Source: Bacteroidaceae bacterium | GTDB lineage: Bacteria; Bacteroidota; Bacteroidia; Bacteroidales; Bacteroidaceae | NCBI GenBank assembly: GCA_017617335.1 | Contig: JAFZWK010000034.1 | Span: 6,774 to 70,773, forward strand | Length of the DNA: 64,000 nucleotides | Reading direction: 5' to 3' | Part shown: piece by piece, positions 37,730-47,438 of the stretch | Layout: each line of letters opens with the position of its first letter | How positions within the stretch are numbered: position 1 is the first letter of the stretch | Notes under the pieces: model-generated | What the model saw: only the letters and a program-made list of their open reading frames with translations | What the model was told of the DNA's origin: nothing | The model's database searches: none | Position numbers and translations under genes: made by a program

Positions 37730-39361
37730 TTACTTCACCAGATAGCGATCACCCGTTTCAGAGACAATCTTGCGGCGGTAGTTTTCAGGATAGCCTGGGC
37801 GAATGAGAGGCTTCTGATTGCCTCCAGCCGTCTTCTGGAACTTGCCATCTTTATCGACTCGCTTCAATGCCATATCGTTGTACTTCACGATGAGGAACTG
37901 TCCCAACTTGTTCCATTCGTCCAGCATTGCCTGAGCAGTACGATGGCTGAAAGCTGACAAATACCGCCTTGCCTCTGCTTCCTCCATACCTGAAGCTTCC
38001 TTGTCGGAAATCTCCTGCAGGGAATTGTAGTCGCGCTCCAAGCGATCTCGAACGGCCTGCAATTCAGGGAAGAGGACATTGTAGCGATAATAGACCATAT
38101 TGCTCACCCAATTACATACCCAGAAGGCACTTTGGAAACTGAAATTGAACGTGTCGGCCGTCTTGACATTATAGGGCGAGGGAGCGTCTACCGTACAGCA
38201 ATAGACAGGAGTCAACGCTACCATATTTGCATCATCGTTGCCCCACCACATGACACCGCCAATATAGTCGGGCAGCCAGGAACGCATCTGGCAGACATAG
38301 ACATTGGCTGTCTGCTGAGTGGAAATAGGACGCTCATTGAAATACTTCTTTCCATCAACCTCGAAGCTTAAGGGCGTGGGGCGATACGGCATTTCCCAAG
38401 GCCCCATTCCAATATCGTGCGTGATGTCGAGCGGCGTGTTCTCGTAGTGGTCACGCATCATGTTCTTCACGTCCTGAACAGAAAGCTTACTTTTGGGTTT
38501 GAGGTAAAGAGGCATGGGATTCGCAGGATTCTCGCCCTTAGCATAAGAAAGGTAAGGCATCATGTCCTCGTCAGCCCATCGGTTGAAAAAGCTCCAGATG
38601 CGAGCCTCGCAATAACGAGCCCCTCCGAAATCAAGGGGATTGTAGGCGGCCTGAAATGAGAAATCTTCGTCGGCTCCCTGAAAATATCCTTTTTCACGAG
38701 CAAATGAGATAACATCCTTAGCATAGAGGCAATTCTCTTTGTCTTTGAGAGGGAACTGACGGATACGGCTCTGATTGGCATGACCTGAAATGCAGTCATC
38801 AGGAATGCGAACAGCAACCCAAACGGCTCCCTTGCGACCTGGTCCCTTACCTATCATCTCAAGAATCCATGCTTCATTTGGGTCGCAGATGGAGAAACTC
38901 TCTCCCTCTGACTCATAACCGTATTCACTAACAAGATTGGTCATCACGGAAATAGCCTCGCGTGCAGTTCTCGCCCGCTGTAAGGTGACATACATCAGAC
39001 TTCCGTAATCGATGAGACCCGTTAAGGTATCTGTGAGTTCTTCACGCCCTCCAAAAGTCGTCTCATGAATCGTCAGCTGATGTTCATTCATCAAACCAAT
39101 AACGCTATAAGTCTCAGGTGCTTCAGGAATCTCACCCAAGTAGTTGTTGCTCTCATAGTGATAGAGGGCCCGCATCTCACCTGGCTGGTGCTTGCCTCCA
39201 GGCAACCAATTCATAGAGCCATAAGCTCCATAATCATCACAGCTATATGAAACGATAACGCTGCCGTCCTGACTGGCTTTCTTGCCAACAATAAGGTTGG
39301 TACAAGCCATAGCTGCTAAGCCAGAGCAAACGAATAATGCTGTAAGGAGTATTTTCTTCAT
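37730..39361 (-). CDS. C69 family dipeptidase
   Basis: A signal peptide is followed directly by the nucleophile Cys (AMACTNLIVGKKASQDGS), characteristic of peptidase family C69. 543 aa. Confidence 0.85.
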   Translation of the reverse strand: MKKILLTALFVCSGLAAMACTNLIVGKKASQDGSVIVSYSCDDYGAYGSMNWLPGGKHQPGEMRALYHYESNNYLGEIPEAPETYSVIGLMNEHQLTIHETTFGGREELTDTLTGLIDYGSLMYVTLQRARTAREAISVMTNLVSEYGYESEGESFSICDPNEAWILEMIGKGPGRKGAVWVAVRIPDDCISGHANQSRIRQFPLKDKENCLYAKDVISFAREKGYFQGADEDFSFQAAYNPLDFGGARYCEARIWSFFNRWADEDMMPYLSYAKGENPANPMPLYLKPKSKLSVQDVKNMMRDHYENTPLDITHDIGMGPWEMPYRPTPLSFEVDGKKYFNERPISTQQTANVYVCQMRSWLPDYIGGVMWWGNDDANMVALTPVYCCTVDAPSPYNVKTADTFNFSFQSAFWVCNWVSNMVYYRYNVLFPELQAVRDRLERDYNSLQEISDKEASGMEEAEARRYLSAFSHRTAQAMLDEWNKLGQFLIVKYNDMALKRVDKDGKFQKTAGGNQKPLIRPGYPENYRRKIVSETGDRYLVK

Positions 39362-39447
39362 AAAATGATATTTTGAACTATACTGGATATTGTTTGAATC
39401 TCATGAATTTGCCTTTATGGGACAAAGTCATTCTTGCAGACAGGATG

Positions 39448-40323
39448 CTATTTAATGACCAATTTATCACTCCCTGCCGCCTTGAAGCTCATATCGAGGC
39501 CTTTCACACTATGAGTGAGGGCTCCAAAGGAGATGAAGTCTACACCAGCTTTAGCATAAGGAATCATGGTCTCATAAGTAATACCGCCGCTGGATTCTGT
39601 CTCACAACGACCTGCAACGAGTTCCACAGCCCGTTTGGTATCCTCTGGAGTGAAATTATCGAACATAATACGGTCACATCCCTCAGCCAACGCCTCCTCA
39701 AGTTCCTTCCAATTGCGCACCTCGCACTCAATCTTCAGATCTTTGTTATGATCCTTGCAATACTGCTTGGCGCGAGAAATGGCGTTGTGGACACCTCCAC
39801 AGAAATCGATGTGGTTATCTTTGAGGAGAATCATGTCAAAGAGACCAATGCGATGGTTCATTCCACCACCAATCTTTACGGCCTCCTTCTCAAGCATTCG
39901 CATGCCTGGAGTTGTCTTACGCGTATCCAGAACACGAGTCTTGGTGCCGGCATCGATGAGAGCCTGCTGATAGCGATGTGTCATCGTAGCGATACCGCTC
40001 ATACGCTGCAAGATATTGAGCATCAGGCGTTCTGTCTGTAAAAGGCTCTGGACCTTACCCTTTACACTCATCACAATATCACCTGGCTTCACCTCAGCTC
40101 CATCATGAATATACACTTCCACTTGCATGGTAGGATCGAACCGATGGAATACCTCGATGGCTATCTTCTCGCCAGCAAAAATGCCAGGCTGCTTGATAAG
40201 CAACTTGCTTTCTCCCATCTCGGTGTCAGGAATACAGCAAAGCGTGGTATGGTCTCCATCACCAATATCTTCCGCGAATGCCAAATCAATAAGACGGTCA
40301 TTCAATTCTTCTACACTTAACAT
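39448..40323 (-). CDS. nadC: nicotinate-nucleotide diphosphorylase (carboxylating)
   Basis: AEDIGDGDHTT, LDTRKTTPG.R.LEK.AV..GGG.NHR, IMLDNF-like (IMFDNF) and SSGGIT motifs. Confidence 0.95.
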   Translation of the reverse strand: MLSVEELNDRLIDLAFAEDIGDGDHTTLCCIPDTEMGESKLLIKQPGIFAGEKIAIEVFHRFDPTMQVEVYIHDGAEVKPGDIVMSVKGKVQSLLQTERLMLNILQRMSGIATMTHRYQQALIDAGTKTRVLDTRKTTPGMRMLEKEAVKIGGGMNHRIGLFDMILLKDNHIDFCGGVHNAISRAKQYCKDHNKDLKIECEVRNWKELEEALAEGCDRIMFDNFTPEDTKRAVELVAGRCETESSGGITYETMIPYAKAGVDFISFGALTHSVKGLDMSFKAAGSDKLVIK

Positions 40324-40398
40324 ATTCTCTTATCTACTATTTTTAAATAATGTAATCTTCGTTATGGACACTCACTCTGTAAAAGAAGAAATATCCTG

Positions 40399-40872
40399 TC
40401 ATTCGTGATGATACGGCTCTCCGTTGAGAATCGTCAATGCCCGATACATCTGCTCCGTAAACAGGAGGCGAATCATCTGGTGACTGAGCGTCATCTGACT
40501 GAGACTTATTTCCTCGGCAGCCAACTGATGGATGGAAGGAGCAAATCCATAAGGACCACCTACCACAAACACTAATCTGCGAGGGCCAGCCGACATCTTC
40601 TTCTGAAACCATTGAGCGAACTCTATACTGCGGCGCTCTTTTCCATGCTCATCGAGCAACACGACGTAATCTCCTGCCTGCAACGCCTTGCGAATCAACT
40701 TAGCCTCACATTCCTTCTGTTCATTCTCGCTCAGATTTTTATTTCCCTTGATTTCAGGAATCACCTCGATATTGAACGGGACGTAATGGCTTATCCGAGT
40801 CACATACTCCTGAATAGCAGTAGCGAAATGCTTATCGGTAGTCTTCCCAACCACCATCAGGATCGTCTTCAT
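40399..40872 (-). CDS. rlmH: 23S rRNA (pseudouridine1915-N3)-methyltransferase
   Basis: 157-aa SPOUT fold with VVGGPYGF and LSQMTLSHQM.R..L.EQ.YRA. It overlaps the upstream gene by 4 nt. Confidence 0.95.
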   Translation of the reverse strand: MKTILMVVGKTTDKHFATAIQEYVTRISHYVPFNIEVIPEIKGNKNLSENEQKECEAKLIRKALQAGDYVVLLDEHGKERRSIEFAQWFQKKMSAGPRRLVFVVGGPYGFAPSIHQLAAEEISLSQMTLSHQMIRLLFTEQMYRALTILNGEPYHHE

Positions 40873-42356
40873 GGCTTAACATATTCGTAACATCCAGCAT
40901 CAGGTGCTCCATCAGCCAAACGACTGCGTCCTAGACGGTCGAAAATAAAATCTCCCACGTATGCGGTATCAGCCAAACTGCGGATAGTACTCAAACTATC
41001 TGGAGTGAAGTCGTAGATGAAATTGTGGGTATCAATCGTCTGGAAGTTATCACTCCCTTGCAAAGGCTGATCCTCTGTGTCATAAATGATATGAGAGAAA
41101 CGTGTCGTATCCTCGCTAACCACCGTGTTGAGATAACAATGATGAAAGAGATAGTCACATGTGTAATCCTGTCCCTCAACAATACTTCCCATAATGACAT
41201 CATCGCCGTAACCTGTTATCACGCAGTTGACGAAATAGCTATAATAAAGGTCACGATAGTTCCCATCCACTTGATTGGCTAGATAAAGTGCATCGCCTCG
41301 CTCAGCATCGAAGGGATAGAACTGAGCTATCGTGCAATGCAGGAACTGATAGGCTCCTCCAAAGATATAGACACACGTGCCTAAAGTATTGCTTATCTGA
41401 CTGTTGATGACTTGAGCGACACAATTGTTGAGACGAAGTCCGTCACCACCCAAATTGTGAATGATAGTGTTCTCGATATACAACAGATTTTCCTCTACAC
41501 TAGTACTATCGCAGATGATGCCATAAGAGCCACTATGGATATCGCAATTCACAAAGATGTTTTCCTTGCTACCACGATGCAGATTGATGCCCTCCCAACG
41601 ATTGGGCGTGTTATCGTAAAGAAGATAATCAAACATGTGATCCATGCGGTCACCTCGGAAAACCACGGGTTTATCCAATGTCCCCTCAGCATCTACTGAG
41701 CCATAAACCTCCATCGATGCACCATCATGGAAGAGTAAACGTGTGCCAGGAAGAAGAGTCAACTTAGCCGCAGGATGAACGACCAAGGAATCATAAATGA
41801 CATAAGGCTTGTCGGCAAAGAGAGTGGAATCGCAGTCGATAACAAGACCGTGGATGATATAGGCATCGATAGAGCCAGCCGTCAAGACTACATTCTGTAC
41901 TATACCACTCTCCAGACGGAAAGTAAGCACATCTGAAAAGGTCGCAATCTCGTCAGAACCTACTTGGGGGGGCGTAACCTCGATACGAACAACAATGGAG
42001 TCATTCTTGCGAATCTCAAAATCTTCTCCAACACCTCCATAGAGATATTGGCCATCCATATTGACACGGAAAGGACTGGAAAGACCTTGTCCTAATCGTA
42101 CATGAGTAATACGCAATGCCTCTTTGTTACGGTTGTAGACAGACATTGTCTTCGTAGCACTTCCAATGGTGGAAATAAGCGTATCAAACCGGACAGTATC
42201 CTCGGAAAAAGCAATCTTATCAGAAGTGTTTGTCGAATATGAAACTGACTCAGAACAAGAATACAATAATAAGGTAAACAAAAAGAACCCCACAACACCT
42301 CCCCAACAACGGAAAGGAATCGTGAATGATTCGCATAGAATCTTTTCTGTTCTCAT
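40869..42356 (-). CDS. hypothetical lipoprotein, probable right-handed beta-helix
   Basis: Lipoprotein signal (FFLFTLLLYSCS). The C-terminal two thirds have repeated beta-helix-like units (NCDIHSGS, ENTIIHNLGGDG, NSQISNT, HCTIAQ, NCVITGYGDD). No confident family call. Confidence 0.6.
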   Translation of the reverse strand: MRTEKILCESFTIPFRCWGGVVGFFLFTLLLYSCSESVSYSTNTSDKIAFSEDTVRFDTLISTIGSATKTMSVYNRNKEALRITHVRLGQGLSSPFRVNMDGQYLYGGVGEDFEIRKNDSIVVRIEVTPPQVGSDEIATFSDVLTFRLESGIVQNVVLTAGSIDAYIIHGLVIDCDSTLFADKPYVIYDSLVVHPAAKLTLLPGTRLLFHDGASMEVYGSVDAEGTLDKPVVFRGDRMDHMFDYLLYDNTPNRWEGINLHRGSKENIFVNCDIHSGSYGIICDSTSVEENLLYIENTIIHNLGGDGLRLNNCVAQVINSQISNTLGTCVYIFGGAYQFLHCTIAQFYPFDAERGDALYLANQVDGNYRDLYYSYFVNCVITGYGDDVIMGSIVEGQDYTCDYLFHHCYLNTVVSEDTTRFSHIIYDTEDQPLQGSDNFQTIDTHNFIYDFTPDSLSTIRSLADTAYVGDFIFDRLGRSRLADGAPDAGCYEYVKP

Positions 42357-42446
42357 ACCTTATTTATAACGTAAAGCGTACTAATTTATTGCATCCACTC
42401 CAACTCATCATGTACCACACAAAGTACAAGAAACATCAACGGCAGA

Positions 42447-43907
42447 TTACTTTTCCTCAGGTATATTCTTCAGAATGGCAATCAGGTGATCCCAAACCAT
42501 CTGAACAGTTGGTATCAGGAGACGTTCATCTGGAGAATGCACACCACGCAGAGCCGGACCAATGGAAATCATATCCAGGCCTGGATACTTCTCGCTGAAA
42601 AGTCCACACTCCAAACCTGCATGGATACCACGAACAACAGGTTCTTTGGCGAAAAGCTTGCGATACTGATCTACGGCAATACGCAGAATCTCGCTATCAG
42701 GATTCATTTTCCAGCCCGGATACCCCTCACCAATTTCTACTGTAGCACCAGCCAATTCAAAAGCCGCAGCAATGGTGTTAGCCATATTTAATCGGGCACT
42801 ATATAAACTGCTTCGTTGACTACTGTTGATATCAATGGTTTTTGTCTCAGGATTACAACGAATGCTGGCAAGATTGCTACTCGTTTCCACCAAAGCAATA
42901 TCCTGACACATAGCGAACACCCCATTATCAACAGCCTGCAAAGCAGTAATCAAGCGAGTACTTGTCTGCTTATCGATTGCCTCAGTGGCAGAATCCTGAC
43001 TTTCGAGAATAAACTCAGGCGTCTTCTCTGTAACACTGTATTCTTCTTCAACATCAGCAGCAAAGAGATTCCAGTCAATACGTATCTGCTCTTTATCCTT
43101 AGCAGGAAGAGCACACACACAAGATGCTTCGCGAGGAATAGCATTGTGAAGGCCGCCAGCTTGAATATCAATCAAACGCAGATCATACTTCTTCTGACTG
43201 ACATAAAGAAAACGAGCCAGCAGCTTGTTGGCATTTGCACGTTTCTTTTCTATATCATCGCCAGAATGTCCTCCCTGTAATCCCTTGATAGTTAGCGAGA
43301 AGGTGAAAAAATTCTCTGGTAATGGGTCAACCTCATAAGAGAACTGGACAGAAGTTCGACAACCACCAGCACATGAGACAAAAATCTCGCCTTCGTCCTC
43401 ACTATCCAAATTAATCAGGATATCTCCATTCATGAATCCAGACTTCATACCGAAAGCACCTGTCAAGCCAGTCTCCTCATCACGAGTAAAGACACATTCA
43501 ATAGGCCCATGCTCGATATCCTTACTCTGAAGTAAAGCCATCTCCATAGCGACTCCCATACCATCATCGGCTCCAAGGGTAGTCCCCTTAGCTTTCATCC
43601 ATTCGCCATCTATGTAAGTCTGAATAGCATCCTTTTGGAAATCAAAATCGACGTTTGCATTTTTCTCACAGACCATATCCATGTGGCTCTGCAGAATCAA
43701 TGTCTTTCGATTCTCCATTCCAGGAGTAGCAGGCTTGCGAATAAGGACATTGCCAACCTCATCACATTTTGTTTCTAAACCCAACTTCTGTCCGAAGTCC
43801 ATCAAGAAAGCAATCATACGTTCCTCTTTCTTTGAAGGACGAGGAACTTGGTTAACTTGTGCAAAACAATCGAATACACAAGAAGGTTTCAATTCAATTT
43901 CATTCAT
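42447..43907 (-). CDS. pepD: aminoacyl-histidine dipeptidase (M20C, PepD)
   Basis: 486 aa with ILQSHMDMV, GTTLGADDGMGVA, FTRDEETGLTGA, IINLDSEDEG and GIHAGLECG motifs of Xaa-His dipeptidase. Confidence 0.9.
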   Translation of the reverse strand: MNEIELKPSCVFDCFAQVNQVPRPSKKEERMIAFLMDFGQKLGLETKCDEVGNVLIRKPATPGMENRKTLILQSHMDMVCEKNANVDFDFQKDAIQTYIDGEWMKAKGTTLGADDGMGVAMEMALLQSKDIEHGPIECVFTRDEETGLTGAFGMKSGFMNGDILINLDSEDEGEIFVSCAGGCRTSVQFSYEVDPLPENFFTFSLTIKGLQGGHSGDDIEKKRANANKLLARFLYVSQKKYDLRLIDIQAGGLHNAIPREASCVCALPAKDKEQIRIDWNLFAADVEEEYSVTEKTPEFILESQDSATEAIDKQTSTRLITALQAVDNGVFAMCQDIALVETSSNLASIRCNPETKTIDINSSQRSSLYSARLNMANTIAAAFELAGATVEIGEGYPGWKMNPDSEILRIAVDQYRKLFAKEPVVRGIHAGLECGLFSEKYPGLDMISIGPALRGVHSPDERLLIPTVQMVWDHLIAILKNIPEEK

Positions 43908-43935
43908 ATTTTTTGGATTATTACTTCATTTTCTA

Positions 43936-43943
43936 TATCTTTG
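43936..43943 (+). promoter_or_regulatory. -7 promoter box for the 70-aa ORF / ompH unit
   Basis: TATCTTTG, 22 nt upstream of the ATG at 43965. Confidence 0.45.
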
Positions 43944-43949
43944 CCGTCG

Positions 43950-43957
43950 CAAATATA
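43950..43957 (-). promoter_or_regulatory. -7 promoter box for pepD
   Basis: Minus-strand TATATTTG, 43 nt upstream of the ATG at 43907. Confidence 0.45.
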
Positions 43958-43964
43958 ATAAATA

Positions 43965-44177
43965 ATGTTGAGATTAGCACTGATTACGGTTTGTTTTGTT
44001 GCATTTGCCATGCTACTTTTGTGCATAAAAATGTTTTTAGTGCCTGGAGGGAAGTTTGGCAGCACACACATTGGTGGCAGCAAAGAGATGCGTAAACGTG
44101 GAATCCATTGTGTACAGAGTATGGATGTCATTGAGCGACAAGAAAATCCGTATCGCGTAAATGAAAGAATTAAGTAA
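43965..44177 (+). CDS. small hypothetical membrane protein (70 aa)
   Basis: ATG start and an N-terminal TM helix (LALITVCFVAFAMLLLCIKMF). An exact -7 box TATCTTTG lies 22 nt upstream (43936-43943), so the ORF has its own promoter signal. No family recognised. Confidence 0.45.
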   Translation: MLRLALITVCFVAFAMLLLCIKMFLVPGGKFGSTHIGGSKEMRKRGIHCVQSMDVIERQENPYRVNERIK

Positions 44178-44203
44178 TAATTTTCACAAATAACAAAAAA
44201 CAA

Positions 44204-44860
44204 ATGAAGAAGTATCTATTTGGAGCAGCAATTCTGGCTATGGGACTCTCTATGGTCGGCTGCAACAAGTCTGCAGAAGCAGATGAACAAAACGCTGGCG
44301 AAGAGGCAGGTGAAGTCGCTGGGTTGAAAATTGCTTACGTGGAGTTGGACACCCTGATGAGCCAGTATCAATTGTACAAGGACTACAGTGAGGTCCTGAC
44401 ACAAAAGGGTAACAATATCCAGAAAACTCTGGCTCAAAAGCAGAAAAGTTTGGAAACCCATGCTGCCAACCTCCAGAAAAAATATGAAAACAATGGTTTC
44501 ACTACTCGTGATGAATTGGAGCGCGCCCAGAACAATATTGCCCGCGAACAGCAGGATTTGCAAGAACTGGCTGACCGTCTGAACAGTGAATTCAACATGG
44601 AGCAAGCTCGCATCAACGAAGAAGCCCGCGACAGTATCCAGGCTTTCCTGAAGGTTTACAACAAAACAAAGAAGTATGATTACGTGATGGTAAAGGCTGG
44701 AGACAATTTACTGATTGCAAATCCAAAGTTCGACATCACCAATGACGTCGTGAAAGGTCTGAATAAGCGCTACAAAATCAAGGATGACGTAAAAGAGATG
44801 ATTAAAGAAGTTGAAGGAAAGGCCGAAGAAGAGACAGCCGAAAAGAAAAACAAGGAATAA
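44204..44860 (+). CDS. OmpH/Skp family periplasmic chaperone
   Basis: Lipoprotein-type signal (LSMVGCN), KIAYVELDTLMSQY start of the OmpH domain, long coiled-coil Q/E/K-rich core. Confidence 0.85.
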   Translation: MKKYLFGAAILAMGLSMVGCNKSAEADEQNAGEEAGEVAGLKIAYVELDTLMSQYQLYKDYSEVLTQKGNNIQKTLAQKQKSLETHAANLQKKYENNGFTTRDELERAQNNIAREQQDLQELADRLNSEFNMEQARINEEARDSIQAFLKVYNKTKKYDYVMVKAGDNLLIANPKFDITNDVVKGLNKRYKIKDDVKEMIKEVEGKAEEETAEKKNKE

Positions 44861-44888
44861 AAAGGGAAATACATCATTTGAGGGATTC

Positions 44889-45689
44889 TTAGAATTCCAT
44901 CAAATGAAAATATGCACCCCCGTCGAAGCCGATGGTGATATCCACCATATAACAAGCAGCTCCGTCGGGGATGCAAACATTTGCGTCAAAATGAAAGCCC
45001 TGACTATCAACATTACTGAACTTCATGTCACTCAAAGTGGCTTGAGACAAGAATTGTTCAGGAATCAACTCTTCAAAAGTTGATTTGGTTATGTTCCTGC
45101 CAAAAATACGATTCCTGCCTGAGTAGACTGAAACGTGAATCAGATTGTCGAAGTAGTAATTCTGCACAGCCACACCTTCATCTGTATAACTTGTACGATA
45201 AACTTTCTTGGAAGACGGATTGATAGCAATGTAGCAATGATATCGATGACCCAAATAATTGACAACTGTATCACGTTTCGTAACTTCCGTATAAATGATT
45301 GGAGCATTCATGGGATGCACGAAAACCAAGCTGTCTTCAGAAGCCTGCTCAGTATGACGAACACAAATCAACTCACCCGTCATTGAATGGAATGAAAAAA
45401 AGTTATCACCCAGATTCTCAATGATATAAGCATTTGGTCCCACGAAGAACGTGTCGGCAACAATACAAATATGCTGAGGAAGATTTGTGCTGTCTGGATA
45501 ATAAATGGAATCCCTATTTACCCGAAATATGGGTTCTTCTGTATCGTTGTCAACCCAAATTCCTTGCAACTTACCAAGGGCAACAGTATCCTGTTGAGGT
45601 TTTTCGATATCATCAACTTTATTATGATACCGATGTCCACATGAAACCATAATAATGGCAACTGCGAATAAAACAATTTTCTTGATCAT
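44889..45689 (-). CDS. hypothetical lipoprotein
   Basis: Signal plus lipobox MIKKIVLFAVAIIMVSCG. An exact -7 box lies 15 nt upstream. No family recognised. Confidence 0.6.
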   Translation of the reverse strand: MIKKIVLFAVAIIMVSCGHRYHNKVDDIEKPQQDTVALGKLQGIWVDNDTEEPIFRVNRDSIYYPDSTNLPQHICIVADTFFVGPNAYIIENLGDNFFSFHSMTGELICVRHTEQASEDSLVFVHPMNAPIIYTEVTKRDTVVNYLGHRYHCYIAINPSSKKVYRTSYTDEGVAVQNYYFDNLIHVSVYSGRNRIFGRNITKSTFEELIPEQFLSQATLSDMKFSNVDSQGFHFDANVCIPDGAACYMVDITIGFDGGAYFHLMEF

Positions 45690-45703
45690 CTTATATTCTG
45701 ATA

Positions 45704-45711
45704 CAAAGATA
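45704..45711 (-). promoter_or_regulatory. -7 promoter box for the lipoprotein gene
   Basis: Minus-strand TATCTTTG, 15 nt upstream of the ATG at 45689. Confidence 0.4.
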
Positions 45712-45795
45712 TAAAAAAGTCATTGATTATGCAACATTGAATAAAAAAAACAAAACTTATTGGAAAAAGTTTCTTCACTTTAGAGAAAAAATTCC

Positions 45796-45803
45796 TATAT
45801 TTG
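45796..45803 (+). promoter_or_regulatory. -7 promoter box for the HU-like/SPOR gene
   Basis: TATATTTG ends 5 nt before the GTG at 45809. Confidence 0.4.
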
Positions 45804-45808
45804 CACTC

Positions 45809-46873
45809 GTGAACGATTTATCTAAACATATAGAATACTTGCTTCTTAGCAACGACTGCCTGATTGTTCCACAATTAGGAGCCTTTGTCGTACGTCACAT
45901 GAATAGTGAATGGAGCGAAGAGGAAGAGATTTTCTTACCTCCTTATCGACAAGTTCATTTTAATGAAAAGATACGTCACAACGACAATCTTTTGGCAAGT
46001 TCACTCATACACTTCCATAAAATAAGTTTTGAAGAAGCACTCAAGTGGATTGATGAATACGTAAAACTGATCAATGAAGAACTGCTCGTCAACGGTTCTT
46101 TTGATATGGGCAGTATCGGGGTTCTTTATAAAGAGAATGATTCCAGTCCCATATCTTTCTCGGCATGCAAGGCAGGTGTAACTGCACCAGAACTCTATGG
46201 TCTGGATACCTTCCAAGCTTCTTACTTGCCAGATGTCTTGCTGAAGACTGTTGATACTACTATAGAAAATACTCAGCGAATAGCCGCGATAGAGAAAGAT
46301 AAGAATCACATAACCATCCGACTCAACAGGAAGGTCTTCAATGTGGTAACGACTATCGCAGCATCCATCGTTCTCTTCTTCATGTTCTCTACCCCTGTCC
46401 AGAACACTAGTATGACGACTGATCTGAGTTCAAACAAGGAAATTTTCTTTCCCAAGAATTTGATTCCACATCAGGCTACATCACAAACAGAAAAAAAATC
46501 TACAATTGAAACCGAAAGATCTTTTGGGCCAACAATCAATGTGGAAGAAAAAACACTTGAAACAAATTTGACAGAGGAAACAACTTCAACAACAGAAAAT
46601 CATGTTGAAAAAGAATCTGCTGAACATGCTAAGTCAGAAATATCTCATGGAAAATATTGCATAGTGATGTCAAGTGCTGTTTCCCAAAAGAATGCTGAAA
46701 GATATACTGAATATCTAAGGAAAGCAGGTTACAATGCTGAGATATTTGACAATGGCAAGATTCGAAGAGTCATTATCGGCGGATTCCAAACAGAAGAAAG
46801 TTGTCGTGAGCAGATTAAAGAAATGCACAAAAACAAGGAATACAAGGACTGCTGGTTTATGAAGTTGAACTAA
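45809..46873 (+). CDS. HU-like N-terminal domain / C-terminal SPOR domain protein (start uncertain)
   Basis: N-terminal HIEYLLLSNDCLIVPQLGAFV (HU-CCDC81-like), one TM segment, and C-terminal SPOR-like YCIVMSSAVSQKNAERYTEYLRKAGYNAEIF..GKIRRVIIGGF. There is no in-frame ATG before 45899. Candidate starts are GTG 45809 and TTG 45737. Confidence 0.65.
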   Translation: MNDLSKHIEYLLLSNDCLIVPQLGAFVVRHMNSEWSEEEEIFLPPYRQVHFNEKIRHNDNLLASSLIHFHKISFEEALKWIDEYVKLINEELLVNGSFDMGSIGVLYKENDSSPISFSACKAGVTAPELYGLDTFQASYLPDVLLKTVDTTIENTQRIAAIEKDKNHITIRLNRKVFNVVTTIAASIVLFFMFSTPVQNTSMTTDLSSNKEIFFPKNLIPHQATSQTEKKSTIETERSFGPTINVEEKTLETNLTEETTSTTENHVEKESAEHAKSEISHGKYCIVMSSAVSQKNAERYTEYLRKAGYNAEIFDNGKIRRVIIGGFQTEESCREQIKEMHKNKEYKDCWFMKLN

Positions 46874-46903
46874 TCTATCACCGACACTACTTCAAAAAAA
46901 ACA

Positions 46904-47431
46904 ATGAAAAGAGTCCGTTGCCCTAAGTGCGATAATTACATTATTTTCGACGAAACCAAATACATGGAAGATCAACAATTAGTCTTCCAGTGTCCTAATT
47001 GCAATCGACAGTTTGGCATTCGTTTAGGAACGAGTAAAATTCTACAGACTCGGAAAGAGGAAACAACAGACGAAAATGTGCAACATGAAGGATTGGGAAG
47101 TATTGTTGTAGTGGAGAACGTGTTCCATTATAAACAAGTATTGCCTCTCCAGATGGGTGACAACATTTTCGGCAGATATGTACAAGGAACAAGCATCAAT
47201 CAACCCATTGAAACTGTTGATCCCAGTATAGACACCAAGCATTGCATCATCAGAGTTCAACGAAACAAGAAGAATGAGTTGCAATATATTCTACGTGATG
47301 CGCCGAGCAATACGGGCACCTTTTATATGAACGAAATCCTGCGAGATCAGGATCGCATCCATCTGGAAGAGGGAAGCATCATCACTATTGGTGCGACTAC
47401 CCTGATACTCCATACTGCCAACGAGGAATAA
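46904..47431 (+). CDS. zinc-ribbon + FHA domain protein
   Basis: N-terminal CPKC...CPNC zinc ribbon. The C-terminal FHA pattern is GDNIFGR...IDTKHCII......L.D..S.NGTF.N......RI.L..G..I..G. Confidence 0.75.
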   Translation: MKRVRCPKCDNYIIFDETKYMEDQQLVFQCPNCNRQFGIRLGTSKILQTRKEETTDENVQHEGLGSIVVVENVFHYKQVLPLQMGDNIFGRYVQGTSINQPIETVDPSIDTKHCIIRVQRNKKNELQYILRDAPSNTGTFYMNEILRDQDRIHLEEGSIITIGATTLILHTANEE

Positions 47432-47438
47432 TCTGCAT

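Noticed and set aside
39373-40041. 222-aa plus-strand ORF opposite nadC
   Set aside because: It is an antisense shadow of an unambiguous nadC. It starts in the intergenic region with a non-canonical context.
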